A DNA stretch of 64,000 nucleotides. Source: a bacterium (lineage in GTDB: Bacteria > Patescibacteriota > Saccharimonadia > UBA4664). Location: positions 136,727 through 200,726 of the forward strand of contig CP064960.1 of the NCBI GenBank assembly GCA_016699105.1, written 5' to 3'. The position numbers and the translations under genes were made by a program. Of this stretch, positions 29,353 through 41,375 are shown one piece after another (within the stretch, counting starts at the first letter, position 1; each line of letters opens with the position of its first letter). The notes under the pieces were generated by a model that saw nothing but the letters and a program-made list of their open reading frames with translations, had not been told where the DNA came from and ran no database searches.

Positions 29353-29427
29353 GGGCCGTAGCTCAGCGGTCAGAGCAGGCGGCTCATAACCGCTTGGTCG
29401 CAGGTTCAAATCCTGCCGGGCCCACCA
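29353..29427 (+). tRNA. tRNA-Met/Ile2 (CAT)
   Basis: ..gggccgtagctcagcggtcagagcaggcggctCATaaccgcttggtcgcaggttcaaatcctgccgggcccacca. The acceptor pairs perfectly only if one C is added to the 5' 'gggcc' run. This fits the homopolymer under-calling seen elsewhere in the window. Confidence 0.7.
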
Positions 29428-30211
29428 TTGATTATATTGCACTTATCTCCTATTACTTGATCCGCTCCATCTGAATCCAGTACCCCTACAATTTGATAGT
29501 GCGCGGGTTCATCCACGAGGCCAAAATATCAGCCCGATTCAAATTGTTGGTCAAGTTGGTGGCGGGTCGTCCCAATATGAATTCGGCGCCCTGCGCCAGC
29601 GAACCGCGGTGCTCCGGGATGCCATCAGCGGGGCGATTCTGGAGCTGAGACGAACGATTGTAACTAGTGGCGCACTGTGGCCGCAAATCGATATTGAACT
29701 CTTACCCGTAATGATGGTAGGTTTGTCGACTGACAGTTGGGGTCAATTGATGACAACGTGGGGTCGCCCATCCGCCTGATGTTGCACCGCCTCATCGGCC
29801 ATTGTTGGAGTCTCATCTGCCAATGAGGCATCTACCGACGTGCCAGACGCGTTTAGTCCCGCCGGCTATGATAGCCGGCGGGACCGCGGTTCATTGCGCA
29901 CTGGGTCGAAGCTTTTTGATTATATGGAAGCTGGTTTACTTCTCATCTTCATTTGGCGGCCCCAGTACCAGACTGAGCTGTTTCCTCGGAATGTCCATTT
30001 CGAAGTGTCTACGGGTTTCCGATCGCCTTTGGTGGGCTTTTCTTCATCCTTATCTGGGTCTTTTTCGGACATTACGACCACCTATTCTTGTCGATTGTAC
30101 CTGGCGAGTGGGATGCGCTGAGAACCCAGCTACAGCATATCACGGATCAAGCTTGATTGACTATTTCTTGACATCGGCGCAAGTATTGGGAATTGTGCTA
30201 CCATAAGGGTT

Positions 30212-30850
30212 ATGAAACCAGCTACTACCAAACATCCAAATAGCTTTGAGGTACTAGCAGTCACGGCGGGGCCAGACCCAGATGCTGAGCGCCTATATAT
30301 ACTCACAGAGACTGAGCGGATAAATAAACTGATTGATAATTTCCGCAAACCGACAATGTGGTCCCGGCTTGCGAAAGGAGCTACCGGCAAGCCTAAGTTG
30401 GAGGAATTGAAGCATTACCGACACAAATTGGCGTCGTACCGTAATACCATCGATCGCTATGACCAAGCGATGGCGGATGGATTGATACCATTTCGGATCG
30501 TGATTGCCAATACTGGCCAGCAGCGTGATTTCGATATCAAAATCCGGGTACATATCCAAGATGGCGATTTGCATCTGGCAAAAACTTTGCCGCAACGTCC
30601 CCTGCGCGTGGATTCGGCCGTCCAACATGTGATGGAGCCATCAACCATAGATTTGTCGACCCATTTTGTGCGCAGCGATATGCGGATCGGTCGGCGTAGC
30701 TTGGCGGCACGGTTTTCCGAGCTGGATTCGGGTGCTGATGCCGATTTACTCAATCAAACCGTATTTGTACAACTGAGCGATGATACCTGGATGGATTATG
30801 AGCTGTCGTCGCAACTAGGCGGTACTGTCCGCGGTACAATCGATGTCTAG
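30212..30850 (+). CDS. Hypothetical protein
   Basis: 212-aa ORF with no recognisable domain. Confidence 0.4.
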   Translation: MKPATTKHPNSFEVLAVTAGPDPDAERLYILTETERINKLIDNFRKPTMWSRLAKGATGKPKLEELKHYRHKLASYRNTIDRYDQAMADGLIPFRIVIANTGQQRDFDIKIRVHIQDGDLHLAKTLPQRPLRVDSAVQHVMEPSTIDLSTHFVRSDMRIGRRSLAARFSELDSGADADLLNQTVFVQLSDDTWMDYELSSQLGGTVRGTIDV

Positions 30851-31040
30851 TATTATTTGACTACAATCTGATATTACGGCAGTATTGGTCGGTTACATGG
30901 GACTGGCGGTCAGCGGACTGCTCTTCTATTGGCTTATCGTAATGGTGATGTCTGTCCTGATGGTACCGGAAATCTGATCTCTAGCCAAAGAGGCTCGAGT
31001 TATCCGTCAGAACGCGCAATAAACTATATGTATGACTTAA

Positions 31041-31745
31041 TTACTGAGCGGGGGTGGGCGTCACTTCTGGCAAAGTGGTTGGCGACACTGTAGCTACGGG
31101 CGTAACACTACTACCACTGGTCTCGAGAGCGGCATTGATGGCATCACGCAAGTCGGCATAGGAGAATCCTTTGGTGGCTACACCGTCAATAAAGATCGTG
31201 GGGGTACCGGCGACACCCAAGGCAGTGCCGTCTGCAGTGTCTTGATCAATGATGGTCTGGAACTGCTTGTCGGTGACAGCCTTCTTGAACTTTTCGACAT
31301 CTAAACCGAGCTCACCAGCGTAGTTAGCAAAGGTATCTAAGGGGCTTGATTGATTTTCCCAAGCAGGTTGGTTGGTGTAGAGCTTGTCGTGCATTTCCCA
31401 AAACTTTCCTTGGTCACGAGCGGCTTCGGCCGCTTGCGAGGCAATTTGAGCGTTGGCATGTTGGGCAAGCGGGAAATGGCGGAACGAGAATATAATTTTG
31501 CCAGCAAAGTCGGCTTCAATTTGTTTCATATCCGGATAGGATGTGGCACAGGCTGGACATTGGTAATCACCAAATTCAACGACCTGAACCGAACCAGTGC
31601 CACGAGTGGGTGTAGATTCTCGGGTGAGCTTAGATTTGTCACCGACCGGTTTGGGATCGGCGCGGTTGGTGAGGACGAACAGGCCGATGAGGCCACCAAT
31701 CACCAGCGTTAATATAATTCCCATAGTTTTGGCTTCACTCGACAT
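31041..31745 (-). CDS. DsbA-family thiol:disulfide oxidoreductase (membrane-anchored thioredoxin fold)
   Basis: N-terminal TM 'MGIILTLVIGGLIGLFVL' and active site 'YQCPACA'. Start set at the internal Met. Confidence 0.75.
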   Translation of the reverse strand: MSSEAKTMGIILTLVIGGLIGLFVLTNRADPKPVGDKSKLTRESTPTRGTGSVQVVEFGDYQCPACATSYPDMKQIEADFAGKIIFSFRHFPLAQHANAQIASQAAEAARDQGKFWEMHDKLYTNQPAWENQSSPLDTFANYAGELGLDVEKFKKAVTDKQFQTIIDQDTADGTALGVAGTPTIFIDGVATKGFSYADLRDAINAALETSGSSVTPVATVSPTTLPEVTPTPAQ

Positions 31746-31868
31746 AACAGTAGCTATCCCCTTTGAATAAGTAACTGCATTATTGTAGCACCTTTGTCTG
31801 AGATGCAACTTGAGAAAAACCGGCGCCTATGATGGCGCCGGTTTTACGGACAGTTATGATAAATGGTC

Positions 31869-32072
31869 TTACTTGGCGACCTTTTTCAAGACGAGTAGAC
31901 CGGTGCGGGCGTTTTCGACAGCGGTATAACCGTCAGGAAGGGCTTCAACAGCACCATCGCGCACGTCACGGGCGAAGAAGTAAATGCGCTGCTGGCGACC
32001 GCCTTTGAGGGTGACGTCTTTCTGATGCAGATAGTATTGCTGTCCTTTAGAGTTGGTTTGTGAATATGCCAT
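31869..32072 (-). CDS. Small conserved hypothetical protein (~67 aa)
   Basis: 'MAYSQTNSKGQQYYLHQKDVTLKGGRQQRIYFFARDV...'. Start taken at the internal Met of the tracker ORF. Confidence 0.4.
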   Translation of the reverse strand: MAYSQTNSKGQQYYLHQKDVTLKGGRQQRIYFFARDVRDGAVEALPDGYTAVENARTGLLVLKKVAK

Positions 32073-32158
32073 ATGATATTCCCGATTAATTAATGTTCTT
32101 ATCTGTATTATCCTTATGCTGCAACAGATGTCAACAGATTTGGGCAAAAAAGTTGCGC

Positions 32159-32416
32159 TTAGACATCGGCGAAGAGCGTCACGTTATCGCTAGATACTCG
32201 CAAGATGCCGCGAGTAATAGGAAATTCAAGCTGTTGAAAGCCAGTATTTAAGGTGATTGTTCCGCCGGTGAGAAGAGAGAAAAAGTTGATATGACCAGCC
32301 AGGATGTCGAAGGGACCGGTGCGGTTGGCGGCACTGAGTGATACTGCTTCGCCTTCGTAATATGTCTGGTAGGGGCTAAAGATCTTAATTTTGAAGCGCT
32401 TGAGTTTTTTATCCAT
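32159..32416 (-). CDS. atpC: F1 ATP synthase epsilon subunit
   Basis: 85 aa. 'KIKIFSPYQTYYEGEAVSLSAANRTGPFDILAGHINFFSLL' is the epsilon beta-sandwich signature. It lies 13 nt downstream of atpD. Confidence 0.8.
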   Translation of the reverse strand: MDKKLKRFKIKIFSPYQTYYEGEAVSLSAANRTGPFDILAGHINFFSLLTGGTITLNTGFQQLEFPITRGILRVSSDNVTLFADV

Positions 32417-32428
32417 GATTGATTCGAA

Positions 32429-33956
<1,528 letters not shown>

Positions 33957-34107
33957 TTACCTTTTCATTGTAAAATAATGATTAGTGTTTAATCGTGGCA
34001 ATCGGCTGCGGTCACATCGACATTTGAGAGGTTTTCTTGTGCGACTTGATGCTTGACCTCGACGACACCTCAGTTCACTCGACGCCATCGGTTCGCCCAC
34101 ATCGCCA

Positions 34108-34866
34108 GTGGTTTTGGCTCTCGTGGGCCTCGTTGCGGTCATAGTCATGATCGGCATTGCGGCGCTGTGGGGAAATACTTATAACGCTGGCTTGGAAGCG
34201 GGAAGACTTCAGGGCAGGCAAGAGGGCATCGATCAAGGTAAAGCTGAAGGTATCAACGCCGGATTCGATCACGGTGTGATGGTTGGCCAGATGTATGGCC
34301 TTGCTCGCAAGCCTGATCCGCCGGTAGCAACCGTTCAGCCAGTCGGACGGCACAAATTTCTGACTCAGTCTGGCACGCCAATGTACAAATGCGTTAATGG
34401 AGAGCATGACGCGCTCATGAGTACTAGGAACAATGTGAGTATCCGCGGAGCGTGGATTTCCACGAGCTTGTCAGGTAGTGTTTTTCACATTGCCTGGAAC
34501 AATACCGATGCCATGATACTGTCAATTGGATACACAGACACAAACGGTAAAAGGCAAGAGCGTCAAATCCCCATTTTGGCAAAAGACGACCAAGTGTTAG
34601 CGGAAAACCAAGCTATGGCCAAGAAGCTAGTGACGACCGAGCAAACACCCGGTTACCCACGCTCACTAACTGAGATCATGATGAGCATGACTCATACTGT
34701 GGATGTGGATCTCACCAAAGTATTGCCAGGTTGGGATGGGGATACCCGGCTACCAGGCTCAGTGAACATCCATACAATAGTGTGCGATTACAAGGAGCCT
34801 GTTCCGGCGCAACTGCGCGATCCAGGATCTGTTGCTAGCCAGAATCTGGCGAAGCTCTATCGTTAA
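34108..34866 (+). CDS. Hypothetical membrane-anchored protein (inside atp-operon insertion)
   Basis: N-terminal TM 'LALVGLVAVIVMIGIAAL', then a Gly-rich charged repeat 'GLEAGRLQGRQEGIDQGKAEGINAGFDHG', then a ~180-aa soluble domain. GC content resembles the host. Confidence 0.5.
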   Translation: MVLALVGLVAVIVMIGIAALWGNTYNAGLEAGRLQGRQEGIDQGKAEGINAGFDHGVMVGQMYGLARKPDPPVATVQPVGRHKFLTQSGTPMYKCVNGEHDALMSTRNNVSIRGAWISTSLSGSVFHIAWNNTDAMILSIGYTDTNGKRQERQIPILAKDDQVLAENQAMAKKLVTTEQTPGYPRSLTEIMMSMTHTVDVDLTKVLPGWDGDTRLPGSVNIHTIVCDYKEPVPAQLRDPGSVASQNLAKLYR

Positions 34867-34968
34867 CCTCCGCCCCAGGGCCTTGACAGGTGTACTAACC
34901 AAGTACGCTCGTCGAGGCCCTTTGACTTGTTATAGCGGGATCAAATCTTTTGGATTCGATGTTTTAAA

Positions 34969-34988
34969 TTAGGACACTTTGCGCCTAA
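34969..34988. repeat. Solo copy of 20-bp palindromic-ended repeat core TTAGGACACTTTGCGCCTAA
   Basis: Same core as the four copies in the tRNA-Asn island (51793, 51993, 52946, 53554). It lies between the 3' ends of 34108..34866 and the AT-rich gene 35130..36302. Confidence 0.75.
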
Positions 34989-35129
34989 TTTTAGTGCATT
35001 AGGTATTCTGAGTCCGAGCAATTATGAGTCTAGATGACGCAGGTAATTTTCGGTGGCCGCACACTACATACTTTATGCTTACGTGCATTGCGGAGACTTA
35101 GTCTACTGCATAGATTCAAAATATATTTC

Positions 35130-36302
35130 TCACTTATCATTAAGGGGCATTGTTGAAAACTCTTTTAAATAGATCATTGATGCGTCGTATTTTTCAAATT
35201 CGTGGCTTAACTTCACAGATTGCCTTTGAGATATAATTGCTCTGTTAGTGTTAACCCACAGATCATGCGAATTTATACCTATGCAACTTAAGGGGATATC
35301 TTCGGAGTCAAGATAATAATCAATTGTCTTATGAAACCACTTTGATTTAGTCTCTAAGTCTTCTAAGTTGATTTGATGATTGAGGGCAGCATTTGGTGGT
35401 AAGTTAAGGTTTGCAATTCCTGAGACTATTCTAAAATCATTGGCATGGTAACTATACTCACCGATTTTATACACTTTAAATGGATGTAGGATTGTTTGAG
35501 GCGTAATTGTGTGTAATTGACTGTTCAATGTATCTTTAAACGAGTTAACGTAATCAGCTTCACATCCGAATATAAAATCTTTTGCATACCAAGCAATTAA
35601 ACTATTAATTTCGTTCGCTTTTTCAGCTGATAATTTCGTATATCGTACGTTTGCCAACCAACTTCCATATTTATAACTGGCAATTATTCGTCTACGTGCA
35701 ATCGTAACTTTTAATATTAACTTCTTATCTATAGGTATATACCAGCCTACAGCACGACCTTTCGAATCAAAAAATCCCGCTAAACCTCGTTCATTTGAAA
35801 TGGCCGAGATATTTTCAGGCAGAATTAGTATTTCCCACTCTGATGCCATGATCGGACACAATAGGTTCAACAGATAATCAACTCTGTTGCTATTAAGATT
35901 ACTTTCACTTAGTAATCCTAATGGCTTCAAATGCTGAACGATTGGATGGGTATTATACCTATCGTTGAAGTCTTGTCCACGGGCGAAAAGACCGCTAACA
36001 AGCGGTACCAATACATGAATAAATTCATCTAGATACAGAGGTGGCTCGTGGACCAACTTTGCAATCAATGGCGTAATTGGTGATTCGTATCCCCAATCAT
36101 CTACACTTTTCCAAACGTTAGTGTCGTCTAAGTCGTCATAAAATCGGTTTACAACACTTACCTGAGAAGCCATTTTAAGGTGTGCTGAAATTTGCCCTCG
36201 CCTGATTTGCCATACTTTTCTACTTCTAGTTTCCGTTTCTATGTCGGAAGAAAAGCGACCAATTAAAGCAGCGGGTATAATGTGTTGCTTCTTACCGCTC
36301 AT
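35130..36302 (-). CDS. AT-rich, probably horizontally acquired gene; DUF4238-like protein
   Basis: 390 aa. The N-terminus 'KKQHIIPAALIGRFS...NRFYDD' resembles the DUF4238 'HY(V/I)PQ.YL..F' start motif. Base composition is strikingly AT-rich relative to the adjacent atp genes. Confidence 0.5.
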   Translation of the reverse strand: MSGKKQHIIPAALIGRFSSDIETETRSRKVWQIRRGQISAHLKMASQVSVVNRFYDDLDDTNVWKSVDDWGYESPITPLIAKLVHEPPLYLDEFIHVLVPLVSGLFARGQDFNDRYNTHPIVQHLKPLGLLSESNLNSNRVDYLLNLLCPIMASEWEILILPENISAISNERGLAGFFDSKGRAVGWYIPIDKKLILKVTIARRRIIASYKYGSWLANVRYTKLSAEKANEINSLIAWYAKDFIFGCEADYVNSFKDTLNSQLHTITPQTILHPFKVYKIGEYSYHANDFRIVSGIANLNLPPNAALNHQINLEDLETKSKWFHKTIDYYLDSEDIPLSCIGINSHDLWVNTNRAIISQRQSVKLSHEFEKYDASMIYLKEFSTMPLNDK

Positions 36303-36341
36303 GATAATTGTATATTAGTTTATAAGGAACATTTTAGAAGA

Positions 36342-37199
36342 TTAACCGGGCGTCATGGCGTTCATGGAATTGACGATTTCTTTGATGCGATCGTCGGCCT
36401 CACCGCGGCGGGCCCGGTTGTAGTTCATGAGGAGGAGGGTTTGCAATTCTTTGGCGCGTTTTTTGGCGGCCGACATAGCGGTGAAACGCGAAGCATATTG
36501 GGCCAGACGAGATTCGAGGATGACCTGGGAGAGGGCAATTTCCATCATGACCGATTCCAAATATCTGACGACGTCGTCGACGGATGGCTCGAAGAGATAA
36601 TCGCGCGGTGAGATGATGTTTTCTTCGGCGGCTTTGGAGGTGGTGGCCAGGGCGCGTACCCGGCCGAGTAAGTCGATACGGCCGACCTCTTGAACGGTTA
36701 ACGAGATATAGCGTTGATACCAGACTGTCGGGTGGGCATAGCCTAGTAATTCGTCGACAATGGGACTCACATCGATGGTCTGATCGATATCAGGCAAGCG
36801 GAAATAACGCTTGATTTTGGCTTTGTGTTGGACGAATTGGGTAGCACCGTGGGCACCGATGACAATGAGATCGGTAGTATTGGGATCTAGATTTTCGAGG
36901 ACGGTCCGAACGATGCGCTGGTCGATATCACCCGACAGACCACCTTCGGCGGTGAGAGCCAAGAAGACATTTTGCTTTTGACGTTTGGGGCCGTTTTTGC
37001 CAGTTAATCGATCGTTGGGATCGACGCGTAGCTGGGTATATATTTGCCACAGTTCAGCGAAGAATTGCTGGCTTCGAACCACCCGGTCTTTGATTTTTCC
37101 GATGCGCATTGATGCAATCGACTCAAAGACGCCGGTTAGTTCGGAGACGGTACCAACTTGACTAGCTTCGGCTTCAATGGCGAGAGAATTTGAACTCAT
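36342..37199 (-). CDS. atpG: F1 ATP synthase gamma subunit
   Basis: 'MRIGKIKDRVVRSQQF...' and the gamma C-terminal helix 'AAKKRAKELQTLLLMNYNRARRGEADDRIKEIVN'. Confidence 0.9.
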   Translation of the reverse strand: MSSNSLAIEAEASQVGTVSELTGVFESIASMRIGKIKDRVVRSQQFFAELWQIYTQLRVDPNDRLTGKNGPKRQKQNVFLALTAEGGLSGDIDQRIVRTVLENLDPNTTDLIVIGAHGATQFVQHKAKIKRYFRLPDIDQTIDVSPIVDELLGYAHPTVWYQRYISLTVQEVGRIDLLGRVRALATTSKAAEENIISPRDYLFEPSVDDVVRYLESVMMEIALSQVILESRLAQYASRFTAMSAAKKRAKELQTLLLMNYNRARRGEADDRIKEIVNSMNAMTPG

Positions 37200-37202
37200 A
37201 GC

Positions 37203-38703
37203 TTAATTCTTGCCGTCTTTTTTAGCAGGTGTGGCTGGTGGTTGCCCGGGAGGAGGGGCTGCGGGAGCTGGCGGTGGAGGAGCGGGCGCTTGGACCGTCA
37301 CTTCGGACAGCAGCTTGGTAATTGCGCCATCCCAGTCGGATTCAGGTGTGAGGGTGGGAGCCACTTCTTTGGCTTTGCGTTTGAGGCTGTCAATGTTGAT
37401 AGTGATTTTGCCTTCAGTTTTCATGACTACACCCAGGATGAGGTCCTGCTCATTAATACTATAGACGACATCCGGAGGCTGCTTGAGGGCTTCGTAAATC
37501 TTTTTGCCCAACTCAAGATCGGCTTTTGACTCAATGGCTAGTTCTGAGCCGAAGTGACTAAATTCGGCGGCTTGGCGATAGGCGGCGAGCTTTTTGAACA
37601 GGGCGGCGGTCAAGGCTTTTTGACGCTTGTTCTGACCAACACCACCGACACGGGAGACGCTCAAACCGACGGAGATAGCGGGTCTGATGCCGGCCCGGAA
37701 GGCCTCGGTATCAAAGATGAGCTGGCCGTCGGTGATGGACATGATGGCGGTTGGAAGTGGTGCGGTAATGTCGTTATTGGGCGTTAGCACCACGGGGATT
37801 GCGGCCAAGGTAGCGCCGTTTTTGGCGAGGCGGCCGGCACGTTCCAGCAACGAAGAGTGAGCGTAAAACATATCGCCTGGATACGAGGCCCGGCCGGGTG
37901 AGGTTTTGAGCAACAGTGATAACTCGCGATAAACTTTGGCGTGATTGGATAAATCGTCATAAAATGATGACGCAGTCTTTGCCGCTATTCCATAAGTATT
38001 CGGCGACGGTGACGCCGACGTACGGTGCTAAATAACTTTGGGTGAGCGAATCAAAGACACTGGCGACAATCACCACACTGTAGGCCATAGCTCCAGACTT
38101 GTTGAGCTTGGCGATGAGGCTGTCGACGTCGGCTTTGCGCTTGGAGATAAGGACATGGATTACCAGCCGGCCGGTGCCAGCCTGAGCGAGCGTTAGTTGC
38201 ATCGTAATAGCTGATTTACCAACCTTATTGTCACCAAGAATGGCAATACGTTGGCCTTTGACGAGCGGGAAAAGCTGGTCGGCGATGGCGACACCGGTGG
38301 AAAGCGGGTCTTTGAGCTCTTGACGTTCGATAATACCGGGAGCTACCTTGAACACCGGGTCATAGCGGGAAAATGTTACGGGTCCTTTGCCATCCAGGGG
38401 TTGACCGGTGACAGATAAAACTCGACCGATAACAGCCTCGCCGACACCAGTGACTAATTCGGGAGCTTCAAGCACGACGAGGGTACCAATGGCGATGGTT
38501 TCAGCCGTCATATTAAGTACCATAACCGTGTCGAGATGGACTTCACGCACCATACCTTGGTGGCCGTTATCGAAGTAAACTAACGCTCCAACGGCAATAT
38601 CACCGAGTCCGCGAACCGTCACAATAAACCGGTCGACTGCGATGACTTCGCCGGAGGCATTGCCAGCCGCTACTAGTTTGGCAAATTTGGGATTATCAAA
38701 CAC
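37203..38703 (-). CDS. atpA: F1 ATP synthase alpha subunit (one apparent frameshift in a T-run at ~37940)
   Basis: ORFs 37957..38703 and 37203..37913 have a seamless alpha-subunit join: 'GKDCVII[Y]DDLSNHAKVYRELSLLLKTSPGR(E)AYPGDMFYAHSSLLERAG'. Walker A 'GDNKVGKS'. Confidence 0.9.
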
Positions 38704-39178
38704 GATGAATAATTCCTGCTAATTTGGAGGCTCCGCCCATGAGCTGCTGTTTCCAAGTGAAATCGTAAACATGATTGGGCGTACGAATGACGATGCCACC
38801 GCCGAGGTTGCGGTCAGCGACGAACGAAATGAGCGCCCGGGAGCTAATATTTGTATGAAACCACGAAACTAATACCCGGCGTTGTTCATGATTGGGCATA
38901 GCCGCCAATTTGACATGGATCTCAGGCAGTTTAAGGGCGCGCAGTTCGGCCAATAAGCCTTCCAATGTCTCGAGCGTAGGGGTTTGTGAGCCAAAATGGT
39001 TACGGATAACTAACTCGGTTTCAGCACTGTGATCTGGTTCGGGCTGAGAAGCGGCGGCAGCTCCCACTTTGCGCTGGATGCGGGTTTGGCGATACCAGTC
39101 GGTATATTGTTCCAAGTCGTAGATGACCGACTCAAGCAGGTGTGGACTATAAACTTCAGGGGGCAGCTCATACGCCAT
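38696..39178 (-). CDS. atpH: F-type ATP synthase delta (OSCP) subunit, divergent
   Basis: Sits between atpF and atpA. The C-terminus 'LGGGIVIRTPNHVYD' is delta-like. Confidence 0.6.
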   Translation of the reverse strand: MAYELPPEVYSPHLLESVIYDLEQYTDWYRQTRIQRKVGAAAASQPEPDHSAETELVIRNHFGSQTPTLETLEGLLAELRALKLPEIHVKLAAMPNHEQRRVLVSWFHTNISSRALISFVADRNLGGGIVIRTPNHVYDFTWKQQLMGGASKLAGIIHRV

Positions 39179-39767
39179 CGGTAAGATCCTTTCGGATATC
39201 AGCTTTATGCGCTTCGAGGCTCGTCAGGATAAACTGCATTTGTGCACCCAGATCCACGCCAGAACCAAGGGCTTCAGAAATGTAACTCGAGATTACGTCG
39301 CCCATTTTGGCATCAAATTTCTCAACGAGATGCTGACGCTCGGTCGCCAATTCTTGTTCCATACCTTGGCGGAGTTCGATGCGTTGATGCTCAACCGCTT
39401 CTCTAATTTGGTTCATAGCCTGTATGGCTACCTGACGGACTTCTTCAAGAGTCTTCTGGTAGGCTTCGAGTTCTTCTTCGATGACTTTGGTAGTCAGGCG
39501 AGAGACCTGCTCAGTTAGTTGTTTGGAGGTGCCATGGAGGTCGGCGCCAAAGGCAGCCACCGATTTAGTGATCTCGGTGTCATAGGCGGCGATGAGTCGC
39601 GTTTGGAGCTGATCGGCATTTGGTTGAGAAATGGATACTTTGGGCGCGGTATGTTGGCTACGGAGAAGGTCTTGATGGAGCTTTTGCAATCTTAGACTCT
39701 GTACAACCACAACAATACTCAAGATTAGGATGAGTACGGCTAGACTAATTAATACGATTATATCCAT
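39168..39767 (-). CDS. atpF: F-type ATP synthase subunit b
   Basis: Single N-terminal TM 'IIVLISLAVLILILSIVVVV' followed by a long charged coiled coil. Operon position fits subunit b. Confidence 0.65.
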   Translation of the reverse strand: MDIIVLISLAVLILILSIVVVVQSLRLQKLHQDLLRSQHTAPKVSISQPNADQLQTRLIAAYDTEITKSVAAFGADLHGTSKQLTEQVSRLTTKVIEEELEAYQKTLEEVRQVAIQAMNQIREAVEHQRIELRQGMEQELATERQHLVEKFDAKMGDVISSYISEALGSGVDLGAQMQFILTSLEAHKADIRKDLTDGV

Positions 39768-39774
39768 AGCGTTT

Positions 39775-40653
39775 TTACCTCACGATCACCAAATACATTG
39801 CTACTCCGGCTGATATCAAAATACCAAATACTATTGTCATGACTTGAAGTAGACCTCTTAGGACCGAACTTCGAGACAAGGGGTTGCGTCCAATCGAAAT
39901 AATACTGTTCCGGACAGCGGCATATAGTAAGACGGTGACGCAAACTAAAGCAACTATCAAAATAAAGCTGGCTAGAATAATCCGTATAGGCGAAACGGCT
40001 TTGCCGGCTAGATTGTTTGAAAGTGATTGCAGCCAGTTCGGAATTGCATAGGGTTGTTTACCTTCGGTTGCAGTGTACGCGGATACTGCAATAACAACTG
40101 GTATCTGTCCAATAGTTACGTCCCTTTTCCCTGTTGATTCTTCGATTTCGCGCTTAGTGGTGCCTTCGTTGTCGGCATTGAAGTCAGCCTGGGCGGTACC
40201 GATAACACGAGTGGATTCAGTGCCGACCTTTTGACCGACTCCAGCGATCGAAGATATGGTTATGTAGTCGCCCAAATGTATGTCTCCGCCTGCATTTGAA
40301 ACCAACAAGGTCACCGTACCAGTCGTACCTACCTGAACTTGCTTGCTCGATCCTCCAGATAGTGATATAGAAGCCGAAGAAGGCGGAACGACTACGCCAA
40401 AAAGTCGGCTCACGTTATCTGGAGTCGATACCACTACTTTGCCCGCTCCAGATTCATCAAGGGAGACCATACTCCCAGTGGCAATGTCGGCATCGACAGC
40501 GTAGCCCTGAGACAAGCTGGCGCTAACCGGTGCGGCGGCCAGAGCCACCACCAGATATACAGCGGATACCAGCGCTTTTAGAATAATCATACTATCTTTG
40601 ATTATAACGGTAGCGCAAGCATTATGGGAGTGGGTGGACACTGAGAATGCCAA
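39775..40653 (-). CDS. Hypothetical membrane protein (secreted beta-rich domain + two C-terminal TM helices) occupying the position where atpB/atpE would be expected
   Basis: It lacks the subunit-a R-L-F-G-N motif and also the subunit-c G-x-G-x-G motif and acidic residue. It lies upstream of atpF. Confidence 0.45.
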   Translation of the reverse strand: MAFSVSTHSHNACATVIIKDSMIILKALVSAVYLVVALAAAPVSASLSQGYAVDADIATGSMVSLDESGAGKVVVSTPDNVSRLFGVVVPPSSASISLSGGSSKQVQVGTTGTVTLLVSNAGGDIHLGDYITISSIAGVGQKVGTESTRVIGTAQADFNADNEGTTKREIEESTGKRDVTIGQIPVVIAVSAYTATEGKQPYAIPNWLQSLSNNLAGKAVSPIRIILASFILIVALVCVTVLLYAAVRNSIISIGRNPLSRSSVLRGLLQVMTIVFGILISAGVAMYLVIVR

Positions 40654-40681
40654 TTGTTATGCTGGCACTAGCACTAATGAG

Positions 40682-41212
40682 ATGGAGTTAATTTTTAGTA
40701 TGGATGTTCGCCGACAAGCTAACGACAATTCTTTTTCAGAACCGCAGCAAACCGCTCCTCGATCCCATACTGGACGCGGTGGCCGCGGAGTTTTACCCAA
40801 AGTCCTGATGGGCTTGGCCGTATTATTAGCTTTATCAGCCTTAGCTTGGCTGATCGTCATGGGCGTGGGTTACTTCAACGCCGGCAGTTCAGTCAAAGCT
40901 AAGCAGTTCCAGGCAGTCTTTTTGACCAATGGCCAAGTTTACTTCGGCAAAGTTAAAAATGTGAACTCTGACTACGTCAAGTTGGAAGAGATTTACTACT
41001 TACAGGTTCAACAAACTGTCCAGCCCAAAGACGGCAAGGCAACCGATACTTCAAACCAAGAAGTTTCACTCGCCAAACTCGGTGGTGAATTGCACGGTCC
41101 TGAAGATGTCATGTACGTCAACCGTGACCAGGTATTGTTCTGGGAAAACCTCAAAGAAGATGGCAAAGTAGCCAAAGCTATTTCTGACTACAAAGCGAGC
41201 GGCGATAAATAA
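40682..41212 (+). CDS. Hypothetical membrane-anchored protein
   Basis: TM 'LMGLAVLLALSALAWLIVMGV'. No recognisable domain. Start taken at the internal ATG. Confidence 0.4.
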   Translation: MELIFSMDVRRQANDNSFSEPQQTAPRSHTGRGGRGVLPKVLMGLAVLLALSALAWLIVMGVGYFNAGSSVKAKQFQAVFLTNGQVYFGKVKNVNSDYVKLEEIYYLQVQQTVQPKDGKATDTSNQEVSLAKLGGELHGPEDVMYVNRDQVLFWENLKEDGKVAKAISDYKASGDK

Positions 41213-41375
41213 GACCACTCCAGGGAGTTACGGGGCGAGAAAGAGCCGCTTATCACAAGCGGCTCTTTTGTCGGAATGAGAAAATCGATAGAGGCATTAA
41301 TATTTAATCGTTCTCAAACATAAATACCACCTCATATGCGAGGTGGTATTTATGATATCTTTTGGCGTAACGGGA

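Noticed and set aside
39775-40653. Interpreting the C-terminal two-helix hairpin of 39775..40653 as a fused ATP synthase c subunit
   Set aside because: It lacks the GxGxGxG helix-1 motif and the essential helix-2 carboxylate.
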